DNA of 64,000 nucleotides from contig JAMWBK010000013.1 in the NCBI GenBank assembly GCA_029953675.1, positions 372,001 to 436,000 of the forward strand. The letters run 5' to 3'. The notes below the pieces were generated by a model. The model worked only from the letters and a program-made list of their open reading frames with translations. It made no database searches and had not been told where the DNA came from. Shown here piece after piece: positions 1 to 11,533 of the stretch (positions are counted from its first letter, which is position 1; every line of letters starts with the position of its first letter). The position numbers were made by a program, and so were the translations under genes. This DNA is from Rhodosorus marinus CCMP1338 (lineage: Eukaryota > Plantae > Rhodophyta).

Positions 1-1841
1 GATCGGAAGCAAACCCACTTCGGAATTTGATGAGCACATAGACTAGCTTCCCCGAAAACGAATCGAGGTGCTAATCGTACTGGCTCAAGACTCCTGACGG
101 TTCTTTTGGAATGCGCTCCCGGAGTGCGCGTGTCCCAACACGCACGGGGTTTGGAAGTCTGCTACGGTTTTTTGGGGGTTGGACTGTTAAGCAAAAAAGA
201 AATTGCATCTCTCAGAGCAATATTAACGACTGTATCCTTGAACTGGGTATTTTAAGGTACCAAACTGAAAATACATTGAATAATATAAAATAATTGTCGT
301 TTCGGAACGATAGATTTTGCCCCTCGGCACGTAGAAACGCAAGTATTGACTCAAGATATGACAACCATCCTTCTCCCCGCAGAATAAATTCTGATAGAAA
401 TTGGATATAGCACGTGTCCGATTATAATTTGACTAAATAGAAAACGAAACTTAAATAAGAGTTATATTTGGATTTTCATCGCTCTTATCAGGATTCTATT
501 GGTTTAAAAGAAAACCATGTCCAATTATCTGCGAGTATATTGATAGCTAATTGAAGACCATTTCTTCATGAAAGCAATCGAGGATATCATGTCCGCTTTC
601 ACTCTGCCCAATCCTCCCCCCTTCATAAACCGAATTGAGCCGACCTATGATGGCTATAAATTTACTCAAAATTGACAACAGATATGAGAGCTGAATATCT
701 TCACCCCCTCTCTACCGTCTCGTCTTTGAGATCTGCAACACGATTGTTGACTCGCTTCTTCACACTTGTACTGACGGGGGTATCCACATCGGGCGGAACA
801 GGGTCAAAACCCAAAAATCCGATCTAAAATCAGTGTATGTTGAGAGCAGGATAGAAAGATACATAAGGGGTAAACAAATTCGGAATAACCAACACGCGTC
901 AAAACATAATTGGTAGTAAAGAGCAATATATTTAATGATAATAATAATTTTACACATCATATTACTCATATTCAGATTGAATTTCGGGGGATTTCGGGAT
1001 CTTCGTTATCCACGTCTTTTTCCAGGTTATTGTTGTGAACGCACCGTATAGGGTGGAGATGAACATTTTCACGATATTCCTGTGCATGTAATCTTGAATG
1101 CGAGGAGGCGACGTTGGTTCTAGCAGAAATTGGGGAGTTGGGGGGGGGGGGGGGTTGGGAGGCAGATGTAGATGAACAGAAGTGAAACTAGAGGTTGTTT
1201 TTCAAGATTGTTTTGATTTGTTTTTGCCTTTTTGTGTTTTCTTCACCAAGAACAAAAGACCAACACGAAAAAAAAGCCACGAAAAAGCCCTGAAAAAAAA
1301 AGGCGAGCGCTTGAACGCTCGTTTTCCTTTGTAGACAGGAGGAGAACAAGGGGAGGCCGGGAGCGGGAGAGTCTTGTCGAAGACTTTATTAGACAAGCAA
1401 AGAAAGAAAACAAAAACAAGTTCACTCTTCTTTTTGGTAACCCGCATAGAGCTTAACTTTGCCGAGTAGAGATCGCCTCAACTCCGACGCGGGAGGTTTG
1501 AATACGTTGGAGCAGCAATCTTCTCAGCATAGAGATTCCTTCGCGTGGAATTTACTTACAGTCTTGAAGCTGGGATCCACGAGGAAGACCAAAAGCAAGA
1601 ATTGAGTGAGACGCGGTTAGATGCGTGGGTCGGAGTGGGACGGTGTAACCGTGCTGCTGAGGAACGAGAATTGGGGCAAGGAGACGCTGCTAGGTTTTTT
1701 TTTGGTTTTAAGTTGTGGAGGGATGAAGTTCGTCGTCGCGGAGAGGATGGAGGTTCAATTATCGGTGTCCATTGCTCGGAAATGAGACAATAGTTAGCTG
1801 AAATTGGAATTCGTTTCAAATCGAGCGGCGGACGGTGGGAC

Positions 1842-4800
1842 ATGACTCAAGGTGCACAAGTCAAAGTTCAAGAGGAAGAAAAACACAAAGTACTTGAGCA
1901 ACCAAAGAATACCTCACAACTTTTCAATACAGACCAAGAAACCGAAGGCGATAAAAGAAAGCAACAAGCCGTATCGTTGCGTGAGAGAATGTCATCGGAG
2001 GTCCTGCCCTCCTTACAGACGGGGGGTACACACGGCCTTTGCCTGCCCAAGTTTACGAAATGAACTCTCTGACAAGCGACTTCTCTATCCATCCACTGTT
2101 TTAGGCAGCTCTGTTGCTCCCGAGCAGCCACCTGATCCCGGGAACGCCGCAAACGCGGGTGCTACGGTAGCTCCGCAGAAGTCCGAGTCGGGTGACAAAG
2201 CCGTTGCTAAGCGGGTTCGCCTGACCAGAAAAGAAATAGTCGTGAGAACTTTTCGAGAGAGCTTGCTTGACCAGCTTTTGAGCAACTACTTCGTCGATGA
2301 GAAGGGAACATCTGTCGATGCCGTGAATCCTGAAAACATAGAGACGCCTGTACAGACGATTATAGCTGGGCTGGAGAGTGCCAGCGCGGATCAGTTCAAG
2401 AAGACATGGGTTGGTCATCATTTTGAGAAGCTATTTGAATCAACGTTTACGAAGAATGGAGTGCGCGGTGGGGTTGATGCTCTGGTTAAGCTCGTATGTT
2501 CCCTATCGGCCGAAAAAAGTAAGCTCACTGCTCGAAACCGCGTCTCCCCAATGATTGGAAGTCCTGATAGCGATTGTCGATTGTGTTTATCAGCGGTGAA
2601 TGAGAAGGTTAGGAACGGTCGGCTGCGCGCTGTTGAGCAGCTTCAGGTGTGTTCGGGAATGAAGGATTCGGCGATTGGAGAATTGGTTTCGCGACCTCAG
2701 CTTAGCTCCATAGGAAGTTGGATGGACGATTTCGTTGAGACGAACAACTGGAAGGGAGTTAACCATATTCTGTTGCTGCTGGATAGCATGGAAGTGTCAA
2801 AGGTAAAAACTTTTTCGTGCGAATGTGGAAAGGACACCCGCTTTATGAGTGAGGCTGTTGTAGTTTTTGTAGCATTTCGTCTTCCAGGCGCTCGGCTCAC
2901 ATATATGAGATTCATGTCCGTAGGAGTGGTTGAAACTGAACAAGGAAGTCGCGAGACGAGTAAAGGTGGTGGCTAAGGTTTCAAAGAAAGCCGAATCCGT
3001 GGTGAACGTTGAGGAGACGGAGTCACGGGCAAACGCGAAGAGGCTCTACACAAAATGGGTACAGTATCTCAAAAGCGAGGACAAACCTGCTCCGAGCGGA
3101 GACCCGCCGAAGAAAGCGTCCTCAAAGGGGGACGAAGGGAAACACACGACGAAGCCCAAAGAGAACACGCCTGTAAATCCTAATGAGCCAGCACCACCAT
3201 CTAAGGCCCGACCTGCTGCGAGTATTGCCCAATCGGGAGAAAGGTGAGCAACTCCGATAGACACGCTGGACGCGGTGAACGGGTTGACCCCTTGCCCTGC
3301 ATGTTGTCTGGACCGAGTTTGGGTTGATAAATGTGAACCTGGCGTGCAACTTGACCGATACGATGCAGAATTCTAATTTTGCTGTTTCTGGTTTGTTTCG
3401 TAGGGAGAAAACTAGCACCAAGGATATAAGACAGAAACGACCTCTACCATCATCAACTTCGCTGCCGGAAAGCACCCCCGCAGTGAAGAAAGCAAAGGCA
3501 CTTAACGACGACGAATTGTTCGGAAGCCCTCCCGCGCCCAAGAAGAGAATGGTAAATTGGTTTTACATTCAACACAATGAGTTTTTATTTCATTTGCTTT
3601 TCGGTGCCACCCACGTGGTTGGGACTCCGGTCCTTCCATCGCTCTTTATGAAAGACAAGGTCAATCGCCCGCGTTGTATCCCCAGGGCAACCGCTTTTTG
3701 CTATAGTCCTACCAAACACACAGAGTTGTAAGCAACTATTGGACTGAAAACTGGCCTTCAAGTTTGCAAAACGGAAACTCGTGCTGACATGTTGCAACAA
3801 GCAACCGTGCTGCTCCCTCCGCGCACAGCATTTTTCTAGAGCATGGCACTGGTTTTCCGATGGTTCTGGATGGCACTGCTGTCCGTGGCCTTTAAGAAAC
3901 TGCAAAAAACTGCCCATCTGACTACGAGTACTTGAACCTCTCCGAGAGATGCATCAAGAAGCCGGTGTCGTGATCTAGAGAAATGCTGGGAACGGAGTGG
4001 ATCGCTTCATGATCTCCGCCAAGTTCTTCCCAATAATGTCCGCGCTTGCTTTGCTGTGCACGCAAAATGCCTTTGGTTTTGAGGGATTAAGGATGGGAGT
4101 CTTCCCCATCTGGGCTCCGGAAAACTAGTCTTATGCACGTGCGCGTGATTGTTGTCCAGTTTTCGTTTGTTTACTTGCATGGCAGTTTGCCCAACCCTAT
4201 GTCGTTCTTACAGAACTTCGTTTGAATTCATATAGGCTCCTGCTGAAGCCTTGAAGAGCGGCAAACTCCGCGACGATGATATTCCCGCGCCAAAGAAGTT
4301 GGAGGTTGATCGAAAACCACCAACCGGAATGCACGGAAAGGACCGCGTTGAGCAAGCTGCCGGACATCCCTCGAAGCTGAAGCGAAGCAGTGGCGAGAAG
4401 AAGCGCGGATCTGAGAACGTTGAGAGGACTGCAAAACCGCCGGTGAAGGCCAAAAAGCGAGTCACATGGGCTCCAGGTGACAAGCTTCTTGACGTTGAGT
4501 ACATTGAGACGAAAGAGGAGTTGGCTCGCATCTTCTGGCATGAGGCACCTCCCACAACAGCGGACACCCGAGAGCAGACGGTAAGTGGTTTGCAGAATGC
4601 TTCGAATTAACCTGATTGCAGTCCATTTTGGACTAAGAGCACACTGCGACTTTTGCTATCTGTGGATATCTAGGGCCCTCCGGAGGAGCAAGCAAGCGAT
4701 CCGCACAGCATGGCTGCTCGGACTGGAAAGCATGACATGGATGTTGAGCGTCACAGATTGCAGAAGGTGGCAATGTACAAGAAATTGGATATGATGCGCG

Positions 4801-5934
4801 ACGAACTAGTTTGGCGTTATCCAGCGAAGATCATGACAGGGCTAGAGAAACCCAAGTACGAGGGCGACGAAGCCAACATGAGAGCGACCCTTGTCTCGTT
4901 TTCTGCTGAAGAGTTCCCAAACCCCAAACAAGTCACAAGTCCTGTCGAAGCACCTTTCGCAAGCTATCCATCGAACAGCCCTGCGATCATACCACTGGAA
5001 GCTGAAGGTGATGAGACCATGGACGCAACCGACCAAGCAGACAGCACGAGCGCCTCGGATAAGGGGCAGGAACTCTCTGGCGAACAGCTTAAGATTCTCA
5101 CGTCGATGAGTGAGGCACTTGTCTGGAGGACGCCATCGCGACTTCCTTTATTGCCAGCAATTGCACAGTATGGAGGCGAAGCGAGCGGTGAATTTGAGAA
5201 CTCGCTCATGAACACGGCGGAGGTTTATCCAGGGGAGTCAGTAGATGCTCCAGATGAGACCGGTGTGGAGGTCGTGAATGGTGAGACTTCGTTGAGAGTG
5301 ATCCCACTCGGTGATGTGGAGCCAAGTGCCGAAGCGGAATCACAGGTGAGTATTCTAAGCAGAGCAACACCCATATCCGTTCTTCTTTATGCGTTAGGTT
5401 CTCACTCTTATATCTTATGGCTTGCATGAGTAGGAGCCGGGAGGGAGTGGAAATCAGGCGATTGCCCTCGCTTCCATTTTGAGTTCTGCATTGAATCCGT
5501 CTGCCCAAGGGCCAGCCCGCAATGACGATACTGCCAAACCTCAGTTCATACCGCCTGAACCAGTTGTCTCAAACGTTCAAGCGCCTGCAGCGGGACTGGG
5601 GCCTCAAGTGACCCTTAACTACCTGTCCCAATTTGCGTCCGACCTGCCCCAAAATGGGTCTCTACTCCCTGTAGTCTCACAGACTCAAGCGTTCACACCG
5701 CCTATTATGTATGCACCACTCCCTACGCCTCAGATGCCTCAAGGCCCAGCACCAAATCCATTGTCACAGCCAATGGACAGTGGAAGCGGCAAGGGCTCGA
5801 GAGGAAAGTCGAAGACTGGGTCTCGTGGCGGGGGAAGTGGTAGCGGTCTTGCGTCTGTGCCTTGTAAATTTTATAGCAGTCGAGGGGGTTGCAAGAACGG
5901 CGAAAATTGTAAGTTTCTGCATAGTGACCCTTGA
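1842..5934 (+). CDS. PPP1R10: PNUTS/PPP1R10-like PP1 nuclear regulatory subunit (TFIIS-N domain, RVxW motif, C-terminal CCCH zinc finger), multi-exon
   Basis: The ORF pieces join through GT-AG introns (e.g. 2026-2104, ~2803-2923, ~3552-4234). They give a TFIIS-N-like segment (LLLLDSMEVSK|EWLKLNKEVARRVKVVAK...RANAKRLYTKW), the PP1-docking motif KKRVTWAPGDKLLDVEYIE (~4452-4505) and a terminal CKFYSSRGGCKNGENCKFLH zinc finger. This domain order is the PNUTS/Ref2/Ppn1 architecture. The start codon and some internal exon limits are uncertain. Confidence 0.75.
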
Positions 5935-6683
5935 GTGCGCTAGGTGAAAACCCTTACGATTACCCTTGAAGAACATGTTTATTTTGTATATACGCTCGAG
6001 AACGCGCTAATCTGATAAATATGATTGCCGGTGTATTATTAAGACCGCCCCGGGAAAGGGGCTGCAGAGATGAATCAAACCAGACCTCTGCAAGCTGGTG
6101 TGCTGGTTTTCTTCAAGTAGACTGCTAAAATTTGCTCTGGTAACCGACAACCGTTCTGAAATTTCAGAATCGCCGTGGTGGGGTCTCGACCACGCGGCGT
6201 GTTGTCTGAGAGTCCGAATTTTTCATGGTCCTTCAGAGAATTGTGAGGATGCGTCGGACTTTGTCCTGTACGCTGCCAAAGAGGCCCTGACGGGATTGGT
6301 CAAGAGTCTAAATGACGAACAGGAATAAACGCATTTTCTTTCAACAATCCGAGGGCGGTTTTCCCCTTCTTTTCGTTTGGCTGATAGGAATGTCCTTGAT
6401 AGCTTCCCCTCGGGATGAACCGACGTTGGCCTGCTGAAGGAGTGTTTTCTTGTTAAGAGGAAACTTGAGAGATTCCGCGATAGGAAGGTTCCAGCGATCC
6501 TAGCTACTTGGTCGGTTTCTGGTCCGGGATGCCGGGAGCCATCTTTTCTGTACTTTCATGTTTTTCTTTTCCATTTTCTGTTCTTAGTATATACATACCA
6601 GCTTCTTAGCAGAGCACCGACCGCAACACTGCTGATAAGCGGTTCTTTCCGTAACAGGGCCACTCATCAAGTCCGCAGTATTC

Positions 6684-8981
6684 CTAGAATCCCCATTCAT
6701 CGAACTCGTCCGAATCCATTCTCTTCAACTCCCCGCCCGCGCTGGCTTTCGTATTCACGTTTGCCTGTTGCGAACTCGCCTCCATCGTACCTTGGAATGT
6801 GTTCTGAACAGCAGGCGCCGCTTGAACAGGCTGCTGCTGATAGTTGGCGTAATTTTGGTCATTAAACGTTGGTGCTGCACCGGCTGCAGCTGTGTTCTGC
6901 ATGGCCGGCGCCGGTTGACTGGGCTGCTGCTGATAGTTGGCGTAATTTTGGTTATTGAACGTTGGTGCTCCGCCAGCTGCAGCTGTGTTCTGCACGGCCG
7001 GCGCCGGTTGATTGAGCTGCTGCTGATAATTGGCGTAGTTCTGGTTGTCAAACGTTGGTGCTGCGGCAGCAGCAGCTCCTCCAGCTCCCCAGAAATCGTC
7101 ATCACCCGAGTCATCCGAATCATTCTGCGGCGGCGGGGGGGGAGGGGTAGGGTAGTCTGGGGGCATCGATGGCGGGGGAGGCTGATTCGCGACGAAATGC
7201 TGCTGGTCATACGCCGCCATCTGCACGGCTTGACCAGCCATTTGGCCTGAGAATCCTCCTTGCATGGCAGCTCCCGGGGGAGCGAGCGGCTCCTGTTCTT
7301 GAGCTGGGCCCTTCTTATGTCTTCGCGGTGCTGCTGCGGCTCCTTGAAGCGGTTGAATAGATTGCACCATCTCCGGCTGTGCCATACCTGGCATTGGTTG
7401 TTGCAAAGGTACTTGCGCTTGGGCATTAGGGTGCATTTGCACCGCCATTTGCATCTGTTGCTGCTGCATTGGGTCCTGAATCTGTTGCAGTTGTTGTGCT
7501 GGTTGTTGCATCGCCTGTTGCATCGCTTGCTGCTGCAAGTGTAATGTGGTCGAGTCGTGCACCGGCGGTGCCATTGCCGGTTGCAGTCCTTGAGGCACAA
7601 CCACCTGTTGAACACCTTGAGCCATAGGAGGTTGCTGCACCTGCTGCTGCTGTAGTCCCGGCTGCAGTGGGTTCTGCGCAACGGCTTGCATCGGCAACTG
7701 TGCCTGGTCCTGCGGTGCCATTTGCGCGGTATTCTGGGGAGCTTGAAATTGCTGGTTGTTTGCCAAGGTCATTCCATTCATTGCCTCCTGCGCCTGCAGC
7801 AGCTGTTCGTTATTGGCATTTTCAGCTGGTGTCTGCGCATAACTCTCCGGCTCCGCATGTCCTTCCCCTGTTGAAGCAGCTGACTTTGGTGGGAACTCTA
7901 TTTCCCTGGCCGTCGGGGGGAGGTGAATGCCACTAGCATCTGATGATGCCTCTTCGCCCGCAACCCGAAGCCAATTCAAGCCAGACGGATCGAGTTTCGT
8001 GGGTAGAGCATCTGGTCTTATCCGCTTTTCCCGTAGTAACTTGATCAAATGCACCGCGTTCTTGAACTCGTGGACATCCAGCCGTCCATCGGCGGTCACG
8101 TCGCAGAGGTTCCACACTTGTCGCAGGAGCTGACGCGGCAAACCTGATTTGTTAAATAGTTCCGCTGCCCGAGGTCCATTGACATAACCAGAGTCCGCCG
8201 GATCCGAAGCTGCAAACATTTCCTGATACCTTGCGTTCTGCGCTGGTAGTACTGTCCAAAGGGATGTAGTCTGCGCGGCATTCGCCCCCGCCGTCCCGAC
8301 CATAGCCGCAGGTGCTGGTTGCGACGGTGCCGATCGCGCAGGCTGCTGAGGCCTCTGCTGCGCTTGTGGAGGCGCGTTCATCTTAGGAATGAGTTGAATT
8401 CCTACAAAGTTTCTCAATCCACCCACAGTAGGTTCTGCTCCTCTCTGGGCTAGAGCGATCAGGCGCAGCGCGATGTAGAACTCTTCCTTCTTCAGGAATC
8501 CTTTTCGCATGTGGTCCGCAGTGTCCCAGATCATTCGAAGCTGGTTGCGGCTGAGATTCTCAGCACAACTCAACACCGCGCCTGCAGTCTTTGCCGACGC
8601 TTTCTCGTTCCCACCGCTCGCCCTCTGCCATAATTGCATATATACTGCCTCCTCTTGTGGATTCATCTTTAGATACTGCGAGCCCTCTAAGCAATCGAAG
8701 AAAATGGCAACGGTAGATCCAAGAGTTAGGACTTCGATCGGATTGAAGTATTGACGAACATTCGCGGGAAAAAAGTCCATACCATGAGGTTTATCCGCTG
8801 GAGTTTCCGGTGCCAACAGCAATCCATTCGCACCAACTCGTGCGGCGCCTCCACTTGGTCCATATCCGTAGGCTTCAACGTACCCAACCGTACGGTTTTC
8901 GGGAACCCCTGCAAATGGTTGTTGCTGTCCATATCCAGGTGGATACCCACCTCCATAACCTCCCCCTTGACCAAAACTCAT
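6684..8981 (-). CDS. EH (Eps15-homology) domain protein with two EH domains and a Q/P-rich tail (Eps15/synergin-gamma/Pan1-like adaptor)
   Basis: Single 765-aa ORF with LSRNQLRMIWDTAD...EFYIALRLIALAQ and SGLPRQLLRQVWNLCD...GRLDVHEF, both EH-domain signatures. The C-terminus is low-complexity and ends DSDEFDEWGF. Confidence 0.85.
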   Translation of the reverse strand: MSFGQGGGYGGGYPPGYGQQQPFAGVPENRTVGYVEAYGYGPSGGAARVGANGLLLAPETPADKPHGMDFFPANVRQYFNPIEVLTLGSTVAIFFDCLEGSQYLKMNPQEEAVYMQLWQRASGGNEKASAKTAGAVLSCAENLSRNQLRMIWDTADHMRKGFLKKEEFYIALRLIALAQRGAEPTVGGLRNFVGIQLIPKMNAPPQAQQRPQQPARSAPSQPAPAAMVGTAGANAAQTTSLWTVLPAQNARYQEMFAASDPADSGYVNGPRAAELFNKSGLPRQLLRQVWNLCDVTADGRLDVHEFKNAVHLIKLLREKRIRPDALPTKLDPSGLNWLRVAGEEASSDASGIHLPPTAREIEFPPKSAASTGEGHAEPESYAQTPAENANNEQLLQAQEAMNGMTLANNQQFQAPQNTAQMAPQDQAQLPMQAVAQNPLQPGLQQQQVQQPPMAQGVQQVVVPQGLQPAMAPPVHDSTTLHLQQQAMQQAMQQPAQQLQQIQDPMQQQQMQMAVQMHPNAQAQVPLQQPMPGMAQPEMVQSIQPLQGAAAAPRRHKKGPAQEQEPLAPPGAAMQGGFSGQMAGQAVQMAAYDQQHFVANQPPPPSMPPDYPTPPPPPPQNDSDDSGDDDFWGAGGAAAAAAPTFDNQNYANYQQQLNQPAPAVQNTAAAGGAPTFNNQNYANYQQQPSQPAPAMQNTAAAGAAPTFNDQNYANYQQQPVQAAPAVQNTFQGTMEASSQQANVNTKASAGGELKRMDSDEFDEWGF
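6800..7075 (-). repeat. Three tandem 93-bp (31-aa) coding repeats in the EH protein
   Basis: CTGCTGCTGATARTTGGCG recurs at 6831, 6924 and 7017. The unit translates as APTF[DN][ND]QNYANYQQQxxQPAPAxQNTAAAGx. Confidence 0.9.
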
Positions 8982-9261
8982 CTCGTCAAAACACTCCCAA
9001 ATCGCTCAAAGCTAAGCATCTAAGTTACAAATCAGAAACAACTCCAACACTCCTCCACACCCGCGCCCAAAAAAAAAGAAAACACCCACACACATCCAAA
9101 TCCAAATCCGAATCGGTCTATTCACTATGATACCCAAACTCCCCCTCCTCACCTGGCTGCTGTCCCTCCAAGCTCAAGTGTTCACCTTCAAGTGTTCACC
9201 TTCAAAAAAAAAAAAAGCCAACTCCTCAATCTACAAAAAAATAAGATCAAATCAAACACAA

Positions 9262-9300
9262 TACATATATATATATATATCTCTCTCTCTCTCTCTCTCT
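9262..9300. repeat. Compound (AT)n(CT)n microsatellite
   Basis: Directly visible in the leader region upstream of the EH gene. Confidence 0.9.
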
Positions 9301-10462
9301 CACCTCTTCATACATCCAATCTTCCTCTCCACCATCTCCCTTCCCCTCTTCAGTCCTCTAAAGGCTTTTTACCTCTTTCGTTCCAAATTTCCTTCTAAGG
9401 GAAAAAAAAAAGGCCCAGCGAAAAAAAAAGAAAAAAAGGATAACAAGCTGGTCCTCCTCCCTCACCCGCCCGAAAGCCAAAAACAGGACGTTCCAATGTG
9501 TTTCCAATTTCCCAACATCTTGTCCTATCCGCCCCCGGAGAAATGACTCTACCCCTTAATTTTGTTTTTCAAGAACACCGTTACTTTTGTACAAAACCAA
9601 CCCCCTACTTCTTCAAAAAATCAATTATATGTTCAAATATATTTTCTAAAAATCATTTTTATCATATCCACTATATGGTTGAGAGGGGGGTAGAGGATCA
9701 TCATTTTGCAAACGTATCGTTAGGCTTTTTTGGGGGGGGGGGAGGGAATGGTTCAGGGGCAGTTTGTTGTTTTTGTATTTCGGAACAAAATAATTGGGAT
9801 TGGCTCTTTTTTCATCTAAATTACTTTTGTCCATGGTTTTATTGGATGATGTATATTGTATAATTGTTATTTTAGAGCCATCATTGTTATATATTGATTG
9901 AAGCAACTTTGGAGGGTGGTTGGGGATAAGAATGGGACTGCTGTTGTCCTGCAGCGATTGGAGAGACGAGAAGTTGAAAACGATGCGCGGCGCGTATGAA
10001 TTGGAAACTGATTGAAATAAACAGTGGCTCTGGAAGGAAAGATTTAGCCCTGCTCGTCGGTCATCCCCCTTCTGCGAGGAAAGCCGGTCTTTGTGGGAGG
10101 GACCGCCTTGAGAGACTGGTCACTCAACAGGGCGAAGCAACACCTTGTTGCAGTTGCGGGCATCTCCTATCTTTCTGCATCGACTACCTCTGTGAAACAT
10201 TTATCGGGTTCGTCATCGTCAATCTGAGGGTGACACAACCATTTTCGCAGAGTCCCCTGATGATGTAGCCAGCGGCGCCGCACCGGTTTTTCTGTTCGCG
10301 GGAAGGAAGTCAGCATTGCTGCGTCGGTGCTAGAGCATTGTCCATGCGCTCAAGCCCTAGAATCTGTCGCGCTTCCCCTGGTGTGGGCTTTGCATTTTTC
10401 AATCTTCTGTCGGACGCATAATAACGCGCTTGGGCACGCCTTCTCTCGGATACAAACACTCT

Positions 10463-11533
10463 TCAACTTCTAACGATTGGACCGTTTCTTGAAACGTAGT
10501 CCACCCATGATCCATCGTATATGGCGGAGCTTACTCCTAACTCGAAGAGGGCGAGTGAGGCAATAGCGCCAGTTACACCCGTCCCACAGCTGGTGACGAT
10601 GGGCTTTGGAGATTTCAAGTCGATACCTTGATCCTCCATAAGTTTCTGCAGGTCAGCAGGTTCTTTCATCCTCCCGTTGTTGTCTTGGGATAGGTCAGTA
10701 AAGGGAAGCGAGACTGAGCCAGGCGCATGACCCGATGGCATGCCTGAATAAGAGTTTTATCATGAGCCTTGAGCGCCTTGATGAATTGAACGCCTGCGCG
10801 GGTGCATGCAAGCAATCTAAGCTGCATAATCTATCGCTTTGCATCTCACCTGCACGGGGCTCCGGCGTACTCCCATGGAACCTTCCCCCAGGACTCCGCG
10901 CATCAACAAGAAGCTCTTTCTGCGTATCAACGTTTTTTACAATGTCCTCGAAAGACCTTACAAAGCTCTCTCGAAGGCGCATAGGCGGCACCTCGGTTTC
11001 GGCACCAGGCTCAGCTTCATCCTGTGCATATAACACGGGCATGGATAAGTTCGGTTTCAGAAAGGCTGTTACGTAGTCCCATGAGCATTTCTCAGGAATT
11101 GACAAGCTCTTGCCTCAGTCACATCCAACGGAAAACCAGCAGCGATCCATGCTTCCATACCACCGTCAAGCACGAAGACGTCCTCAAGTCCGAACGATCT
11201 GAAAGTCCACCACGCCCTAGCGGAGCCGACGAATCCGTTTGCACTGTAGAATACAACCGGCCTCTTTACATCAATTCTCAAAGCCTGAAGAGATTCTCTG
11301 AAGAATTCGGCGCTAGGAAGCATGTGCGGTAGGCCCGTTTCCAGGTTCGCAACCTTGTCGATATCAAAGAAGATGGATCCAGGTATTCGTTTTGTTCTGT
11401 GCTCCTTTGCGGCATCTCTATTCTCATGAGGCAGATGCCACGTTGAGTCAACTACTCCAACAGAGGATCTGTTCTCATTCAACCACGCTGCGGAAACCAG
11501 CGCCCGTCCGTTCACATCGGCCTTCAGGGCCAT
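10463..11533 (-). CDS. MPST: Thiosulfate/3-mercaptopyruvate sulfurtransferase (two-rhodanese-domain, SseA/MPST type), at least 3 exons
   Basis: Motifs are RIPGSIFFDID, LPHMLPS, SARAWWTF, VLDGGMEAW, LLVDARS..RFHG..PEPR, SGHAPGSVSLPF, active-site loop CGTGVT and YDGSW. Introns fall at ~11110-11022 and ~10850-10744. An upstream exon or targeting peptide is possible. Confidence 0.92.

Noticed and set aside
6146-6206. Hammerhead ribozyme or SECIS element
   Set aside because: The CUGANGA/GAAA core and the SECIS AUGA..AA..GA pattern are absent on both strands.
6755-7681. Overlapping ORFs 6755-7681 (-), 6768-7250 (+) and similar shadows (13502-14014, 18695-19234, 21523-21966, 54056-54652)
   Set aside because: These are alternative-frame or antisense shadows of well-supported genes, with compositions typical of frame-shifted coding DNA.
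11022-11122. GC-AG intron in MPST (GAG|GCAAG at 11113)
   Set aside because: An in-phase GT donor (GAT|GTGACT) lies 9 nt upstream, so a non-canonical intron is not required. It cannot be decided without cDNA.
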